Shown here: one piece after another, positions 38,622 to 51,954 of the stretch
Layout: every line of letters starts with the position of its first letter
Position numbering within the stretch: the first letter of the stretch is position 1
NCBI RefSeq assembly: GCF_006345805.1
Contig: NC_043001.1
Location: 128,464,001-128,528,000, forward strand
DNA: 64,000 nt
Direction of reading: 5' to 3'
Source of the DNA: Octopus sinensis
Lineage: Eukaryota
Notes under the pieces: generated by a model
Seen by the model: only the letters and a program-made list of their open reading frames with translations
Databases searched by the model: none
Told to the model about the DNA's origin: nothing
Made by a program: the position numbers and the translations under genes

Positions 38622-40971
38622 AGGTGTTGATGTTAAACCAGGCACAGGATTGAGTCTATCACTGAAATTTCTCATCAGACAAGTTTTAGATTAACCTGCT
38701 AGCATTCAGATTACTCTGTGAAATGTAATGCTTATCTATTCACAATGGTTTAAATTAATTATGCATATTTTCTTCTGGCTTTAAGAATGATATTGTAGGG
38801 TAGGTGCAAGAGGCCAGATCTGTCTAGTTTGAACATAAAACAGGTGGAATATTTGGGCTGGATATGGCCAGATTAAATGCTTTTGGATTAAAGAATAAAT
38901 AAACCAGGGTTTTGGAATAAATATATGTTCAGACTTTGATGAAATAGGAAAAGGAAAACAATAGGTGATTGGTGCTGAAATAACTACTGATATTATCATT
39001 TTTGTCTATTTTCCTATCCTGTAAGATCCCACTCTATGGTGACTGGGGGAGGGGTAGTTTTAGTTTGTTATCAGTGTTCAGATTTGATGCATTTTGAAAT
39101 GTCTATTAATCCTTTAGCGCTCAGATTACTCTGTCAAATGTAATGCTTATTTATTAACATTTTTTTAAACTAATCATATATTATCTTATAGCTTTGAGAG
39201 CTATAAAGATGTAATTGCTTTCTTTAGAATCACATTGCAGAACAAGTGTGAGAGGCTGAATCTGCCCAGTTTAAACATAAAACAGGTAGAATATTTGGGC
39301 CAAATATGGCCAGTTTAAATGCTAAAGGGTTCAAATCTCTTTTCTTCTCTAGAAATCTATACACATATGCCGATGTCAATAATTAATGTTACCTAAACAT
39401 TTCTATTTTCAAACAATGGGATTAATGTAAGTGTTATACGTGAAATGGATGAATGGACAAGTAATTGGATCACCAGCTCATATCTTGGGAGTAATATCCT
39501 TTCAAAGGAGGCATTTTGTTATGCCTCTAAGCGGGATATTTTATATGGCCAGCTCTCAGTTCCTTCAAGCTACACAAAATAGCTGCCAGAATTTTGCACT
39601 ATCTTAAAGGCCTTTGTTTTATTTAGTTTACACTATGGCAAATGAAGTTTAGCACATTCTTATGTATTCTTGGGCTTTGTGAAAGTATTCACTTTTTAGA
39701 AGTTGGTATATGGAATCTAATGCTACTTGAAATTTAACAGCGAAATTGCAATGATTAGAGCTATTATTTTCTTGGACGTTATTCTTCACTTTACTCACTT
39801 GTCAAAACATTAATAGGTGAGTCTTAATGCTTCTAACAATTTTTAATTAGAATAAACTCATTCCTTAAACATCATATGTTAGTGTTTTTCAGTTTTGTTT
39901 ATTTGCATTTTACTTTTTTTTTATCTTATCTTTTTTTCATTGTGTGTCATGCCTTACAGTTGGTAAAATTGACAAGTTGTAGACATATACTTGAACTGAA
40001 AAGAGTTTAGTCTTTTGAGAGAAATAAATTCAATAGGAAAGAAATAGTCCATTTATGCAAGTAGTCAGGCCATCATACTTCATTTGCATAAATTTGTAAG
40101 GCTGTCCTCAAATCTTTGCATGGGCTTGGAAAAGTCATTATGTAAACAATCCTGTATATCAAAGATGACTTGAAATCTGATTAACAAACCTTTAACCTTT
40201 CGTTACCAACCCGACTGAATCTGGCTCTGGCTCTGTAGTACAAATGTCTTGTTTTCATAAGTTTTAAATTAAAATCTTCCACCATACCTTAGTCACAGTT
40301 TATGTTCCTAACACTAGCTTAATGATAACTAAGTTATTTTACTAAATCCTTTGTTATATTTATAATTAATTCAAAGAAACACAGAACATCTCAAAATAAA
40401 TACGGTAACAAAAGGGTTAAATGTTGTCTGATACAGCGTAAGGGAAAATGATAATGTGCATTATATGTTTTGTTATTTCTCTTGAGGGGTCCTATAATAG
40501 AAGTTTGGTGTGTATGAAAGAAAGATGTAGTGAGATGTTTTAGACTTGGGTGTAGTCGACTTAGAAAATTCCATTACATTTTTTAAATCATTTTCTCCCA
40601 GAATAGTTAAAGTTATTTGTGTGGGGTGGTGTATAACACACACACACACAATATGGTAAATTAACATCTACAAGTATCCATTCTCTCCTGTTAATGTTTA
40701 GACAGCATTTTAAGTTCAGGTTTTGTTTTTTGGTAATTATTTATCAAGCTTTTTCTTTCCTTTTCATTTAATTTTTAATTTTCGCTGATATCATCATCAT
40801 CATCGTCATTTAATGTCTGTTTTCCATGCTGGCATGGGTTGGATGGTTTGACAAGAGCCAGCAAGCCAGAAGATTGCACCAGGCTTCACTGTCTGTTTTG
40901 ACATGTTTTTTTATGGCTGGATGCCCTTCCTAACACCATCCACCTTACATAGTGGACATATATATTGAAAA

Positions 40972-41197
40972 GGCGGCGAGGTGGCAGAAACGTTAGCACG
41001 CTGGGCGAAATGCGTTGCCATATTTCGTCTGCCGTTACGTTCCGAGTTCAAATTCCGCCGAGGTCGACTTTGCCTTTCATCCTTCTGGGGTCGATAAATT
41101 AAGTACCAGTTACGCACTGGGGTTGATGTAATCGACTTAATCCCTTTGTCCTTGTTTGTCTCCTCTGTGTTTAGCCCCTTGTGGGTAGTAAAGAAAT
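40972..41197 (+). mobile_element. SINE family B with 14-bp TSD
   Basis: TSD ATATATATTGAAAA at 40958-40971 and 41198-41211. Confidence 0.9.
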
Positions 41198-41298
41198 ATA
41201 TATATTGAAAATTAATTCTAAATCAATTTTTCTGGGCAGATTGTTGACTGTATCTAAATAATAATGTATATTATATCTATCATTTTCTTTAATCTTTT

Positions 41299-41431
41299 GA
41301 AGTTTAATGATGATGCTACATGTGCCAGCCAGAGACCTGTCGTTGTCTCCTATTCCTTTGCTCATTGATTTTTGGGCTGTGGCACTAGATAAAACAGGAT
41401 AATGTTAGACAGTTTTGTCTGATATATCTTT
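41299..41431 (+). ncRNA. Candidate intronic box C/D snoRNA, SNORD98-like (18S rRNA guide)
   Basis: Box C ATGATGA 41307-41313. Guide TCCTATTCCTTTG 41348-41360 followed by D'-like CTCA. Box D CTGA 41419-41422. Flanks can pair (ttttgaag 41295-41302 / ctttaaga 41428-41435). The guide pairs with the conserved 18S motif UAAUGGAAUAGGA with one U-U mismatch. Confidence 0.55.
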
Positions 41432-43039
41432 AAGAACTACAAACAATCTCAGTTTCATTTTTAATTACTATTTTTTATTTACGATTTTTCTAAAGATGAC
41501 AAAGATCTGCCTCTAAGAATGAAGAGGGAGCGGGGTGAATTTTCATTACTTTTTTCCTTTAGTATCCTGGTGTTTTCACTCAATTCCTCTTTTAGGGCAT
41601 TGTATAATGAAGTCTGCACACATCGTTGATGATGAAAAATGGTGAACTGGTGTCATTTTTGCTGCTGCTTCTTCTTCTTCTTCTCTTCTTCTTCTTCTTC
41701 TTCTTTCCTCTGATCTGACCTGTTATGTGTTGTTTTAAAAGTTTACTACTTTTTATTTCAGCTGTAGGCTTCTTTTTTTTTTTTTTTTTTTTTTTTTCCT
41801 TTTCTTCCCATTCGCTAGGAACCATCAATTTCTTGCCTGGAACAACAGTGGGGATAATTTCTAAGTTTTATCTTTGTGTATATGTCAAAGAAAGAAAGAA
41901 GAGAAAGTTAGTGTGTGTATCGTGGTTATCCGTATGTGCATATCTGTGTGTGTGTGTGCATGTACACATGGTTGCCCATGTGTGTGTATGTATGTATGTA
42001 TGTGTGTGTGTATATCGATGTTTTCTTTATAGGCAACCGTGAAATGATTCTGGAATGGTGGCGATGTTAACAGTGTTGCTGGTGAAGTCAGCTGAATATT
42101 CTGTAATGGTGCACTAGAATATTCAATGAATGCATTATAATATATGTATAACATACTAAATATAAAACAATATTTAATTTCCAGAGCCAAGATAAACTAC
42201 ATTCATATCTTGGCTGTTAAATTACCTTAATAATTTGATTGCTTATATTTTTTAAGTTATTTCAACTCTGGATGGCAGTACTTTATAATTGTGTCTAAAA
42301 TTATTAAATTCTTTAAAAAAAAAAAATGTAACATATTCGCTAACTTTTTTTCTAATTAATGTTCAAACTATATTACTTTTCTTATTAACTGCAATACTTC
42401 TAAGTTTCACCTGCTTGTTGAAGGATTTTTTTCCCTTTTTCATTTTCATCATTCTGATTGGTTTATACTAAGAAGCTTTGTCACCGTTCAGCTTATTGAA
42501 GTAAATCAAACTTGTTATTATCATAATCGTATAAATATTTGTAAATAGATTTTCAGAAGAGAGGTTTCAAGTAATGATTGCGGTCTTTTACTAAGTATTT
42601 ATTCTTAACATACTGTTTTAGATTACAAGACTATCTGTGGTTGCCACTGTCAAGAATATGCATCAGTATAGAGAAAATGCTTGTTGTTTATGTTTAACCT
42701 GAGATTAGCCCTGATCCTGGAGACCTTTAACCAGATTTGTTCCAGCATGACTCTACTGTCCTTTATTTAGGCATAGTATTTTTAAGACTTCATCACCCAA
42801 AGAATTCTTTTTGAAAAATAGCAGGAGGGGTGGGAGACTTGCTTGTGACTCAGGATGATTGATACAGCTGACAGCTCAATTGCAATATCTTCATATTATA
42901 GCTGAAAATTAGCCTCTTTGTTTTGCCCCATGAAGCCTAACAGCAGTTAATGGAGCATCACTCTGTAAATTAAGAGATTGTTTTATCAGGAACAGGAGTC
43001 AGACAAATGCAGACATGATCTTTAGTATTATGACATTAT

Positions 43040-43630
43040 CGTCGTCGTCATCATTATTATTTTTCTAAGTCTGTTTTTCTACGCTTGCATGGGTTGAACA
43101 GATCTTCTCCAGCACAACATCTCAGCATTTGTTTCCTTCTTTTGTCATCTCTTTCATGAAGCTCAGCCTCTTGGATTCAGCTTTCCCCACTTCTCGTGTC
43201 TTCCTCTTTCACAGGTTCCTTCCACTTGAACTTTTTTTTTTACCCAACTCTCATCCTCTATATGCATCATGTTCGGATTAGCACAGCCTTTTCTTTTGCA
43301 TGCTACTTCTGATTTCTTTTATATCCATTTTGCTCTCTTCTCAGCTTATTTGTGCTCATCCAGCAGAGCATGCTCACTTCAGTTGTATTCAGCATTAATA
43401 CATCCCCTAAATTGAATACCCATGTTTCACTATCATAACGTATATTGTATTTTTTATACAAATGTTATACAATCTGCCTTTCACTTCTTGCAAAGGAAGT
43501 AGCTCTGAGCTATTTCCATCCTATCTTTATTCTGTTTACTATGCTTTCAGAATACCCATCTCCACTGCTTAGATAATAGAAGCAATCAGTTGCTTCCAAA
43601 CATTTGAAGAGTTTATTTTACCAATGCTCT
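43040..43630 (-). mobile_element. Highly decayed RTE-type LINE 3' region
   Basis: (CAT)-like tail at the left and remnants such as GTGGAAGGAACCTGTGAAAGAGGAAGAC on the minus strand. No intact ORF. Confidence 0.5.
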
Positions 43631-44046
43631 TACTCCTATGCATTTTCTGCATACTCAGTATTCTTTATATTGTTTCCACTATACTTCTTATACACACATA
43701 GCTAACATCGGATACATCATTCAGAATTCTTTTCTACTTATTTTCTGCATATTGAGCATGGTCATGTTCCAGATAGCAATAGAGTTTTGTCTTGTTTCCT
43801 TTTTAACTAAGACTTTTGTCTTAGCTAGATTTAGTGTGAGGCCTCTTCAATATAGGCTTTGCTTATGCTTTTGGAATTTCTTGTGTAAATCTTTGACAAA
43901 TTTAGAGAACTGATGGCCTTGGAAATCTGGTTCAGTGGTTTTCAGTCATATAGTTAATATTTCATATCCTGTTGTTAGTACTGTATTGCATTTTTGACTA
44001 AAAGTCTCTAGATCTCACCGATTGAGGTTATCTGTAAATGGGTACC

Positions 44047-44276
44047 TTTTTCTTTACTACCCACAAGGGGCTAAACACAGAGAGGACAAACAAGGACAGA
44101 CAAACGAATTAAGTCGATTATATCGACCCCAGTGCGTAACTGGTACTTGTTTAATCGCCCCCGAAAGGATGAAAGGCAAAGTCGACCTTGGCGGAATTTG
44201 AACTCAGAACGTAGCAGCAGACGAAATACCGCTAAGCATTTCACCCGGAGTGCTAACGTTTCTGCCAGCTTGCCGC
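44047..44276 (-). mobile_element. SINE family B with 15-bp TSD (1 mismatch)
   Basis: CTGTAAATGGGTACC 44032-44046 and CTGTAAATAGGTACC 44277-44291. Confidence 0.88.
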
Positions 44277-45920
44277 CTGTAAATAGGTACCATTTGAGGT
44301 CCAGCTGCACATTGCTATAAGCAGCTTGAACTCAAGTGTTTCGCGTTTGCACTGTGGAAATCACTCCAGTATATCATAAAAGCCAAGGAGTATCTCAACA
44401 GCCCTAAGACTAAGTATCAGTATCATATTTATCTTTGAAGAGCAAAATCTTTGTTTGGATTTTGTGTAGTGAATTAGGTTTGATGTTCAAGTTCTATGTA
44501 TAAATTACATACAACATGGTGACTGTGAAAATGTGGTGTAATGTAGTGTTGACCAGTTGACTACAGTCATATGTTCATACCTTACTGATATAACCACTTC
44601 GTGCCTCAGAAGAAAGCAAGTAACTCTGCTTTCTCCAGATGTAAAGACAATTGCCTCATCAAAATCCCCTCACCTAGTTAAGCATAGAAATAAACAATGG
44701 AATAATTTAAGTAAAATAATTACTGGAGAGGAACAAAGTATATTCAATATCTTTATCTTTTGAAATAAAATTAGCATTGAACTTGTTTGTCACCATATTA
44801 TTAAGTACCCAAATAAATATCCTTAAAATCCTTAAAAATGTTTTAGCCCGAAGGCTGCGGCCATGCTGGGGCACCACCGCTGTTTATTTTTTATTTAATT
44901 AGAACATATCTAAATGCTACTTTATGGGATTTCTTGTTTCTGAACATTGCCAAATAAAGTTGCACGTTGATGCATGATTATTATTAGTGCCAAATGTTTC
45001 TACAGACTTGGCTATCTGCTTCCAAACTCTCATAATGTTTGCATGTATCTTTTTTACTATCAGATTTTACTGTGGCTCGAATCATTATCGTTTATTTTTA
45101 AATCTTAAGTAAACAACAACAGCAAAATTTACTCTTGAACTAGGAAACTTCAGTCATATTTAGAAAACGCATGAAAATGTTTTTCTTTTTTTTTTTCTGT
45201 TGGGTTTTTAATGCTTATATCATTATTCTTTTTAATCTTATATTCTTCTTTAATATGACGACTGTTGTATGTGCAGCTCCTGTTTGGTGTAATCACCAGT
45301 TAGTTCACCATCATTTAGACAGATGAGAAAACTTGATATTGTGTGTATGTATTGGTGTCCTATAATGTGTAATATGCCAGAGAATGTCAGGTTTTACATG
45401 AATCTGTTTTTGATTCTAGTTTAGTTTATTGTGTAAAATTTGCAACCTATTAAAAAATATATTCAAAATTACATTGTTTTCCTCATTAAATATTGAAGTC
45501 TAGTTGTGAAAAAGAACAAAATCAAATGAAAATTCGTTCACTGCTTATATATTGGTCACCAGTTTACATTGTGTGCTGACTTCACACTTCTTTTTTTTTT
45601 AATATTTTGTCTTATCTTAGCTCATGTCGCCCTTAAGCACCTTAGTATAACTGAGACTGTGAAGGGTTGATCGAAAACCCTAATGGAAACTTGCTTTCCT
45701 CTCTACTTCTTCTAATACTACTACTACTGCAGGTTTTCAGCAACACCTTGGGAATTATATGGCACAATTACTACTACAGTTTACTAACAGTAGCATAGCA
45801 GTTGCCTATAATTCTACTGTTCTTTATTTGTCTTCGTTTTGCTTTCTTCACTGTTAAATTGATATATTTGTGAGTAATGTCCCTTCTCATTTGTTTTTTT
45901 TTTGTTTTGTCACCATTTAG

Positions 45921-45992
45921 GAAGAAGAGGAAGCTATGAATACAGAAAAAGAGCCTACGCATTTTTCTGAATTGGATCCCAAAACAATGAAA
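45921..45992 (+). CDS. CCAR1: CCAR1 exon preceding SAP domain
   Basis: catttAG|GAAGAA...ATGAAA|GTTAGT. EEEEAMNTEKEPTHFSELDPKTMK matches CCAR1 PTHWSKLDPKTMK. Confidence 0.95.
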
Positions 45993-46233
45993 GTTAGTAT
46001 CAATAGGTTCTTATTATTTCAAAACATAATTAAACTTGATATATAATGAAATAGTTCCTTATATTTTATTTTTTTAAATTAGTGTATATTTTTAAACTCG
46101 TATATATAATTTTGTTGCCTAGAGGTACCAGTAGCTGTGAGTCTGGGTCATTGAGAGTTAAATGTCTTTGCCAGATATATAACTCAAAGTGCCACTGGAG
46201 ACAATAGTATTAATTTTTTAATTGGATTCTTAA

Positions 46234-46394
46234 CCCCTTACCCGGCAGAAACGAATATATGCGTTTTGACCTAAATCGTTTTTTTTCTATCTCTGGCGAG
46301 TTAACTCGTCAAAAGATAGACTCGCTAAAATCGACAATTAAAAAATATGTCTGAAAAAATACATTTATTTTCAAAATAATTGTTGGGTAAGGGG
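46234..46394. mobile_element. 161-bp MITE, 10-bp TIR CCCCTTACCC/GGGTAAGGGG, TTAA TSD
   Basis: TTAA at 46230-46233 and 46395-46398, perfect TIR. Confidence 0.85.
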
Positions 46395-46661
46395 TTAATA
46401 AACAATATAATCTTGATTTATTTTTTTAATAGGATACATACTATAGACCCTTTAATTATTAGACCAAATTAAATTGCTAATTAATAAATATATCCATTAG
46501 TGCTATAGAATGTTATTTACCAACAAAGTGACTAAACCAGCAAGATTTTGTCTATATCCATTTGAAATAGAGAATATCATGTTCTTGTCCTTTCTAACTA
46601 TCAGAAATTCTTTCAAGTATCTTTTAACATAATCTGTACATTTGACATAATCTGTTCACAG

Positions 46662-46802
46662 ATTGTTGATCTACGCCGAGAACTGGAAGATCGGAACTTG
46701 AGTTCTAAAGGATTGAAGTCACAGCTAATAGCTCGACTGACAAAAATTCTGAAAAGTGAGAAGGAGGAAGAAGAAGAATTAGAGAATAACAAAGCTGCAG
46801 CA
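46662..46802 (+). CDS. CCAR1: CCAR1 exon, SAP domain
   Basis: ttcacAG|ATTGTT...GCAGCA|GTGGGT. IVDLRRELEDRNLSSKGLKSQLIARLTKILKSE. Confidence 0.95.
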
Positions 46803-47249
46803 GTGGGTTTTCTTTCTTTCTTTTTTTTCTTCTTATTTTAATATTCAGAAAAGAAGGGGATGGTAGAATCTGTAGAGTGTCAGACAAATTATATTGCAAT
46901 ATTTTGCTATCATTATCATCATCATCATCATAATTTAATGTCTGTTTTCCATGCTGGCATGGGTTGGATGGTTTGACAGGAGCTGATCAGCTGAAGGACT
47001 GTTTTGGCATGGTTTCTGCAGCTGGATACCCTTCCTAATGTCAGCCTCTTTACAGAGTGTACTAAGTGCTTTTTATGTAGCACCAGCGTTTACAAACCTG
47101 CAAGATTAGGGATGTCTCTTTTAATGTGAGTTCAAATCTTGCTGAAATAAACATTACTTTTGGACCTTCCAGAATGGATAAAATAAGTCAGATTAATCAA
47201 GTAATCTAAGTGACTTTATCTGGCAGGAAAAATTTGCTTTATTATACCT

Positions 47250-47557
47250 ATTTCTTTATTACCCACAAGGGGCTAAACATAGAGGGGACAAACAAGGACA
47301 GACATAGGTATTAAGTCGATTACATCGACCCCAGTGCGTAACTGGTACTTAATTTATCGACCCCGAAAGGATGAAAGGCAAAGTCAACCTCGGCGGAATT
47401 TGAACTCCCAACGTAATGGCAGATGAAATACCGCAAAGCATTTCGCCCGGCGTGCTAATGCTTCTGCCAGCTCGCCGCCTTTCACAACGTAACGGCAGAC
47501 GAAATACTGCAAAGCATTTCGCCCGGTGTGCTAACGCTTCTGCCAGCTCGCCGCCTT
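47250..47557 (-). mobile_element. SINE family B with internally duplicated head and 19-bp TSD
   Basis: TSD AATTTGCTTTATTATACCT at 47231-47249 and 47560-47578. The segment AACGTAA..GCAGA.GAAATAC..CAAAGCATTTCGCCCGG...GCCGCCTT occurs twice. Confidence 0.88.
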
Positions 47558-49216
47558 ATAATTTGCTTTATTATACCTGTATGGCAATGACTCACAGTGT
47601 GTCAGATAAATTGCCTGACAGTATTTAGATATATTCCATTATGTTTTAAGTTCAGACCCATTGAAGTTGATTTTTATGCATTTTGTGACCTTTTACTGAA
47701 GTTAAATATGATTTTATATTTGTAGTGTATTCTTGTGTGTTGTTAGGTTTTTATTTAGAGGAAGACAGTTTAGATATTCATCATCATCATCATTTAACGT
47801 CTGTTTTCCGTGCTAGCACGGGTTGGACGGTTCGACCGGGGTCTGGGAAGCCAGAAGGCTGCACCAGGCTCCAGTCTGATCTGGCAGTGTTTCTACAGCT
47901 GGATGCCCTTCCTAACGCCAACCACTCCGCGAGTGTAGTGGGTGTTTTTTACGTGCCACCTGCACAGGTGCCAGGGGAGTCTGGCATCGGCCACGATCGG
48001 TTGGTGCTTTTAACGTGCCACCGGCATGGAAGCCAGCCAAGGTGGTTATAGTAACAAAACTTGTATCCCATCATTTCATGTACTTAGTGGAATGTAGTGG
48101 CTTAAGTACCAATCCAGAGTGATGGATTGATAGAACTTTTCGGGGATTGGAGGGGAAGCCTTGCATTATCTGTTCTGACTCTTTGCATTCTGACAGTAAC
48201 ACCTGCAACAAATACTTGGCCATTGGTCTGTCAATGGTATTTCCTTTCAATGAAAAAACATAAACAATGGCATATTCAGAGGAGAGGCTTGCATGCATGA
48301 GCAACTGCTTTTCTTCCTCAAAAATTCTTGCCCAGGCCCACTCACACACAGATGCTGATGCATGGGCAGCACTGACCAAAGGATGCCTTACATGATAACA
48401 TGACTACATCAACATTATCATGATAAAACCAATGTTGAGTAATTCAGTGGCTATTTAGTAGGACTATTGCTTTAATAACTATACTGTCATTACTACTACC
48501 ACTACAACTTCAACTTTCGTAACCTCAACCATTCTGTGAAATGTATATTACAAATTCTATCTAACAATGATAATAATAAGTAGTAGTAAAGTTTTACTGT
48601 CTAGTCCATTGTTTCATTATTTGAAGCTGGTATCATATACCACTGACTTCTTGAACAGTTTCCAGAATACTGTGATGGCAGTAGCTGTGAACTTTTATAT
48701 TTATTTTCTAGTGTCCCCCACTGTTCTTCACCTTGTACTGTTGACCATAATGTTTAACAGGACATTGACGTTACATTGTTATTTTACCATAATTCATGTA
48801 GCTGGTTAGAAGCTGTTTATGTATTTAGGAGAGAGAGTGCATGCAGTAATAGCTGTGTCTCATAATACATTTGGTTCCTGGGACACCATCCTCAACTTTG
48901 GGCTCTTGTGTTAAAACAAAGAAATTTATACCAGGAGTCCTTTTAAATGATTCCGCAAGGTCCTAGCTGTGTAAATTTACTACAGTCTACACCTTCCATA
49001 ATTCATCTTTTGTTATGTAAACTGTTCCATATAAGTTTGAGTATATGTGTTGTGAGAAAGCTATTTCACAGGCCCAGGGATTAAATTTGTGTCCTTTCCT
49101 CATTTGTTAGATAGTGACACTTCTGTAAAATGTAAACACACATACAGACATTTAGGTTTATGAAGCATTGTAGCTAAAATAAGGCTAAGTTTTTGATTTT
49201 TACTCTTTTGAAACAG

Positions 49217-49291
49217 GAAGAAGCTGTCAAAAAACAGGAAGAGTTTCATAAACTGGAAATTGAAGACAAAGATGACAAGAAGAAGAAAGAA
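49217..49291 (+). CDS. CCAR1: CCAR1 exon, charged E/K-rich
   Basis: aaacAG|GAAGAA...AAAGAA|GTATGT. 75 nt, phase 0/0, EEAVKKQEEFHKLEIEDKDDKKKKE. Confidence 0.85.
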
Positions 49292-51954
49292 GTATGTTTT
49301 TGTTGTTTTTTGTTTTGCTTTGTTCGTTTCTTTAGAAATTGTTTTTATATTTGGATACCTTTAAACTCAATTATGAAGCTTTTGTGTGACCCAGGTGTCA
49401 GCCCTGTTGCAACAGTCCAGTGATCAAAGGTGTTTTGATCATACTTATATATCATCATCATCATCATCATCATCGTTTAACGTCCGCTTTCCATGCTAGC
49501 ATGGGTTGGACGATTTTGACTGAGGGCTGGCGAACCAGATGACTGCACCAGGCTCCAGTCTTGATCTGGCAGAGTTTCTACGGCAGGATGCCCTTCCTAA
49601 CGCCGTGAGAGTGTAGTGGTTGCTTTTTACATGCCACCAGCATGGAGCCAGTCAGGTGGTACTGGCAATGACCTCGCTCGAATCTTTTTACACGTGCCAG
49701 TGAAGCGACGTTGGTAACGATCACGCTCGAATGGTGTGATAATGGTTACATCAAGAGGAGTTTCCAACTATAATTTCTGTTGCAAATTCTTCAAATGTTA
49801 ATTGCTGTCACATCAAGACAAATACTGTGTAGCTTTGAGAGAGAGAGAAAGAGAGAGAGTGTGCAGTGAAACAGTTTGTTCAATGCAGAACTCTCTAGCG
49901 TCTTTCATTGTATTTTCATCTACAAATAGCAACCAAATCACTCTCACTTTACACCTTTTCACTTTTAAAAAGAAGGACGCATTAGATAATGCAGTCCTTA
50001 GTACACCATATCTGAAAAAAAAAGACAATATGGCCACAACCTAAACATCTTAAGTTATAAGATTGCTCTATCAGAGCTGATTAGTCAACCTAATTAGAGG
50101 TCAGTGAACTTCCCCGCTGTTTGGTGTCATAACTGACTTGACCTTCCACACTCCCTAAAAGTACAAAAGCTTAGTCTTAATAATTACCTCATTCTTCTGT
50201 TTTTCTGTTCTAGTCTTTGAACAGCAGCTATGCTAGGACACTACCTTGAAAGGTCTTTAGTTGATCAAATTGACCTCAGTACTTTTGTTTTTTAAATCTG
50301 GTACTTATTCTGTTGGTATGTATTTTCCAAATCACTGAGTTATGGGGATGTAAATAAACCAACATTGTTGTCAAGTAGTGATACACAAATATGTGTGTAC
50401 TCACACTTACATTTACGCATAAAGCATTAATTAGCCTGAGGCTGCAATATAAGACACTTGGAATTGAACCTGAAAACATGTGGTTTGAAAGTGAACTTTT
50501 TGACCACACAGCCATATCTGCACCTATTCACAACTACAGTCATGCCTGTACCTGTGCACAAGATAAAATAAAAAGATAAATATGTATAATATCCTGCATA
50601 ATTGTGTGATAAATAGATATTGCTTGATAATCAGGTAATTATAAATGACTGAGCAACCTTGTTGATCTTTTTCATGAAAATTTGGTGCATTTGGCTTACA
50701 GTTGATCTGGCAGAATATTTATTTTATATTCTCTACTTCCCAGAATGACACTGCTTCACTTGTGTGATGGACTCTCCCATCAAAGATAACATAGGAGCAT
50801 TCAGCTTTTGCCAAACGACCTGCACGAATAAGTTGTTTATGGTGATCAAATGTACTAGCAGTATCGCCCAGCGTTGCTTGGGTTTGTTTCGACCCTTTAG
50901 AATTGGAATTTTTGAAAAGTAAAAATTTTGCATTATGTAGCTTGTTATTCTCTTTAAGTGAACATTTTTCTGGTTGAAATACACCGAAAAATAGCAACAC
51001 AGCAGTCAAAAAATCATTAAAAAATAGGGATTTTCGTAGAAAAAAAGCACCTTTTTGATGTAAATAATTTTTGGTGTTAACATGGTCCGATTTGAATTTT
51101 TTCTTCTATGGAAGGAAGAGCAAGCCTTCTAAGAACACGAATATATAAAAATATTTTCAGATAGTCAAGCTTTTAATATTGCTTTCTTTTAGTACTTTTA
51201 GTAATTGTGACCTACCTAATTAATAAGCAACTTTCTCCATTATAGTATAGATTATGTGAGGGCACATTGCCTAGTGGTTAGGAGATTGCACTTACAATCA
51301 TGAGATCGTAGTTTCAATTCCTAGATCGGGTGGTGTGTAGTATTCTTGAGCAGAACACTTCCTCTCACATTGCTCTGCAATCGCTTCGACACCTGACGTG
51401 TGGTACACCATGCACCTGTTCAAATAATGCCAATTTGAAGGAGAGAGTGAGCTAATGTGTGGCACAAACATTTGATCACAAATTATTTATACAGGTGGTT
51501 CAGCAAAAGTTGAATGCTCTCACATTGTCTTTGATGGGAGCATTTGTGAGAGCAGCCAAGTTTATTTCATATATTCTCATTTTAAAAATCATCTCCAGCT
51601 AATCGTTGAGAGGACATTGGTGTTGCCTTGGTGGAGGTTTGCACTGAGTGCTCTTGTTAATATTATTATTATTATTATTATTTATCATTATTAGCAAGCT
51701 ACCAGAAACCTTAACACTCTGGTCAAATTGCTTAGCAGCATTTCATCTGTCTTGGTGTTCTGATTTCAAATTCCACAGAGGTCAATTTTGCCTTTCATCT
51801 TTTTGTGGTCAATAAAACGAGTACCAGTTGAGCACTGGGGTTGATGAAATCAACTAACCCCCTCCCCCAAAATCTCAGACCTTGTGCCTATAGTAGAAAG
51901 GATTGTTGTTGTTGTTGTTGTTAGTGTTAATATTAGTGTTGTTATCTTTCTCAG

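Noticed and set aside
41562-41570. U12-type 5' splice-site-like GTATCCTG
   Set aside because: A single imperfect match (consensus GTATCCTT) with no U12 branch site nearby. Too weak to call.
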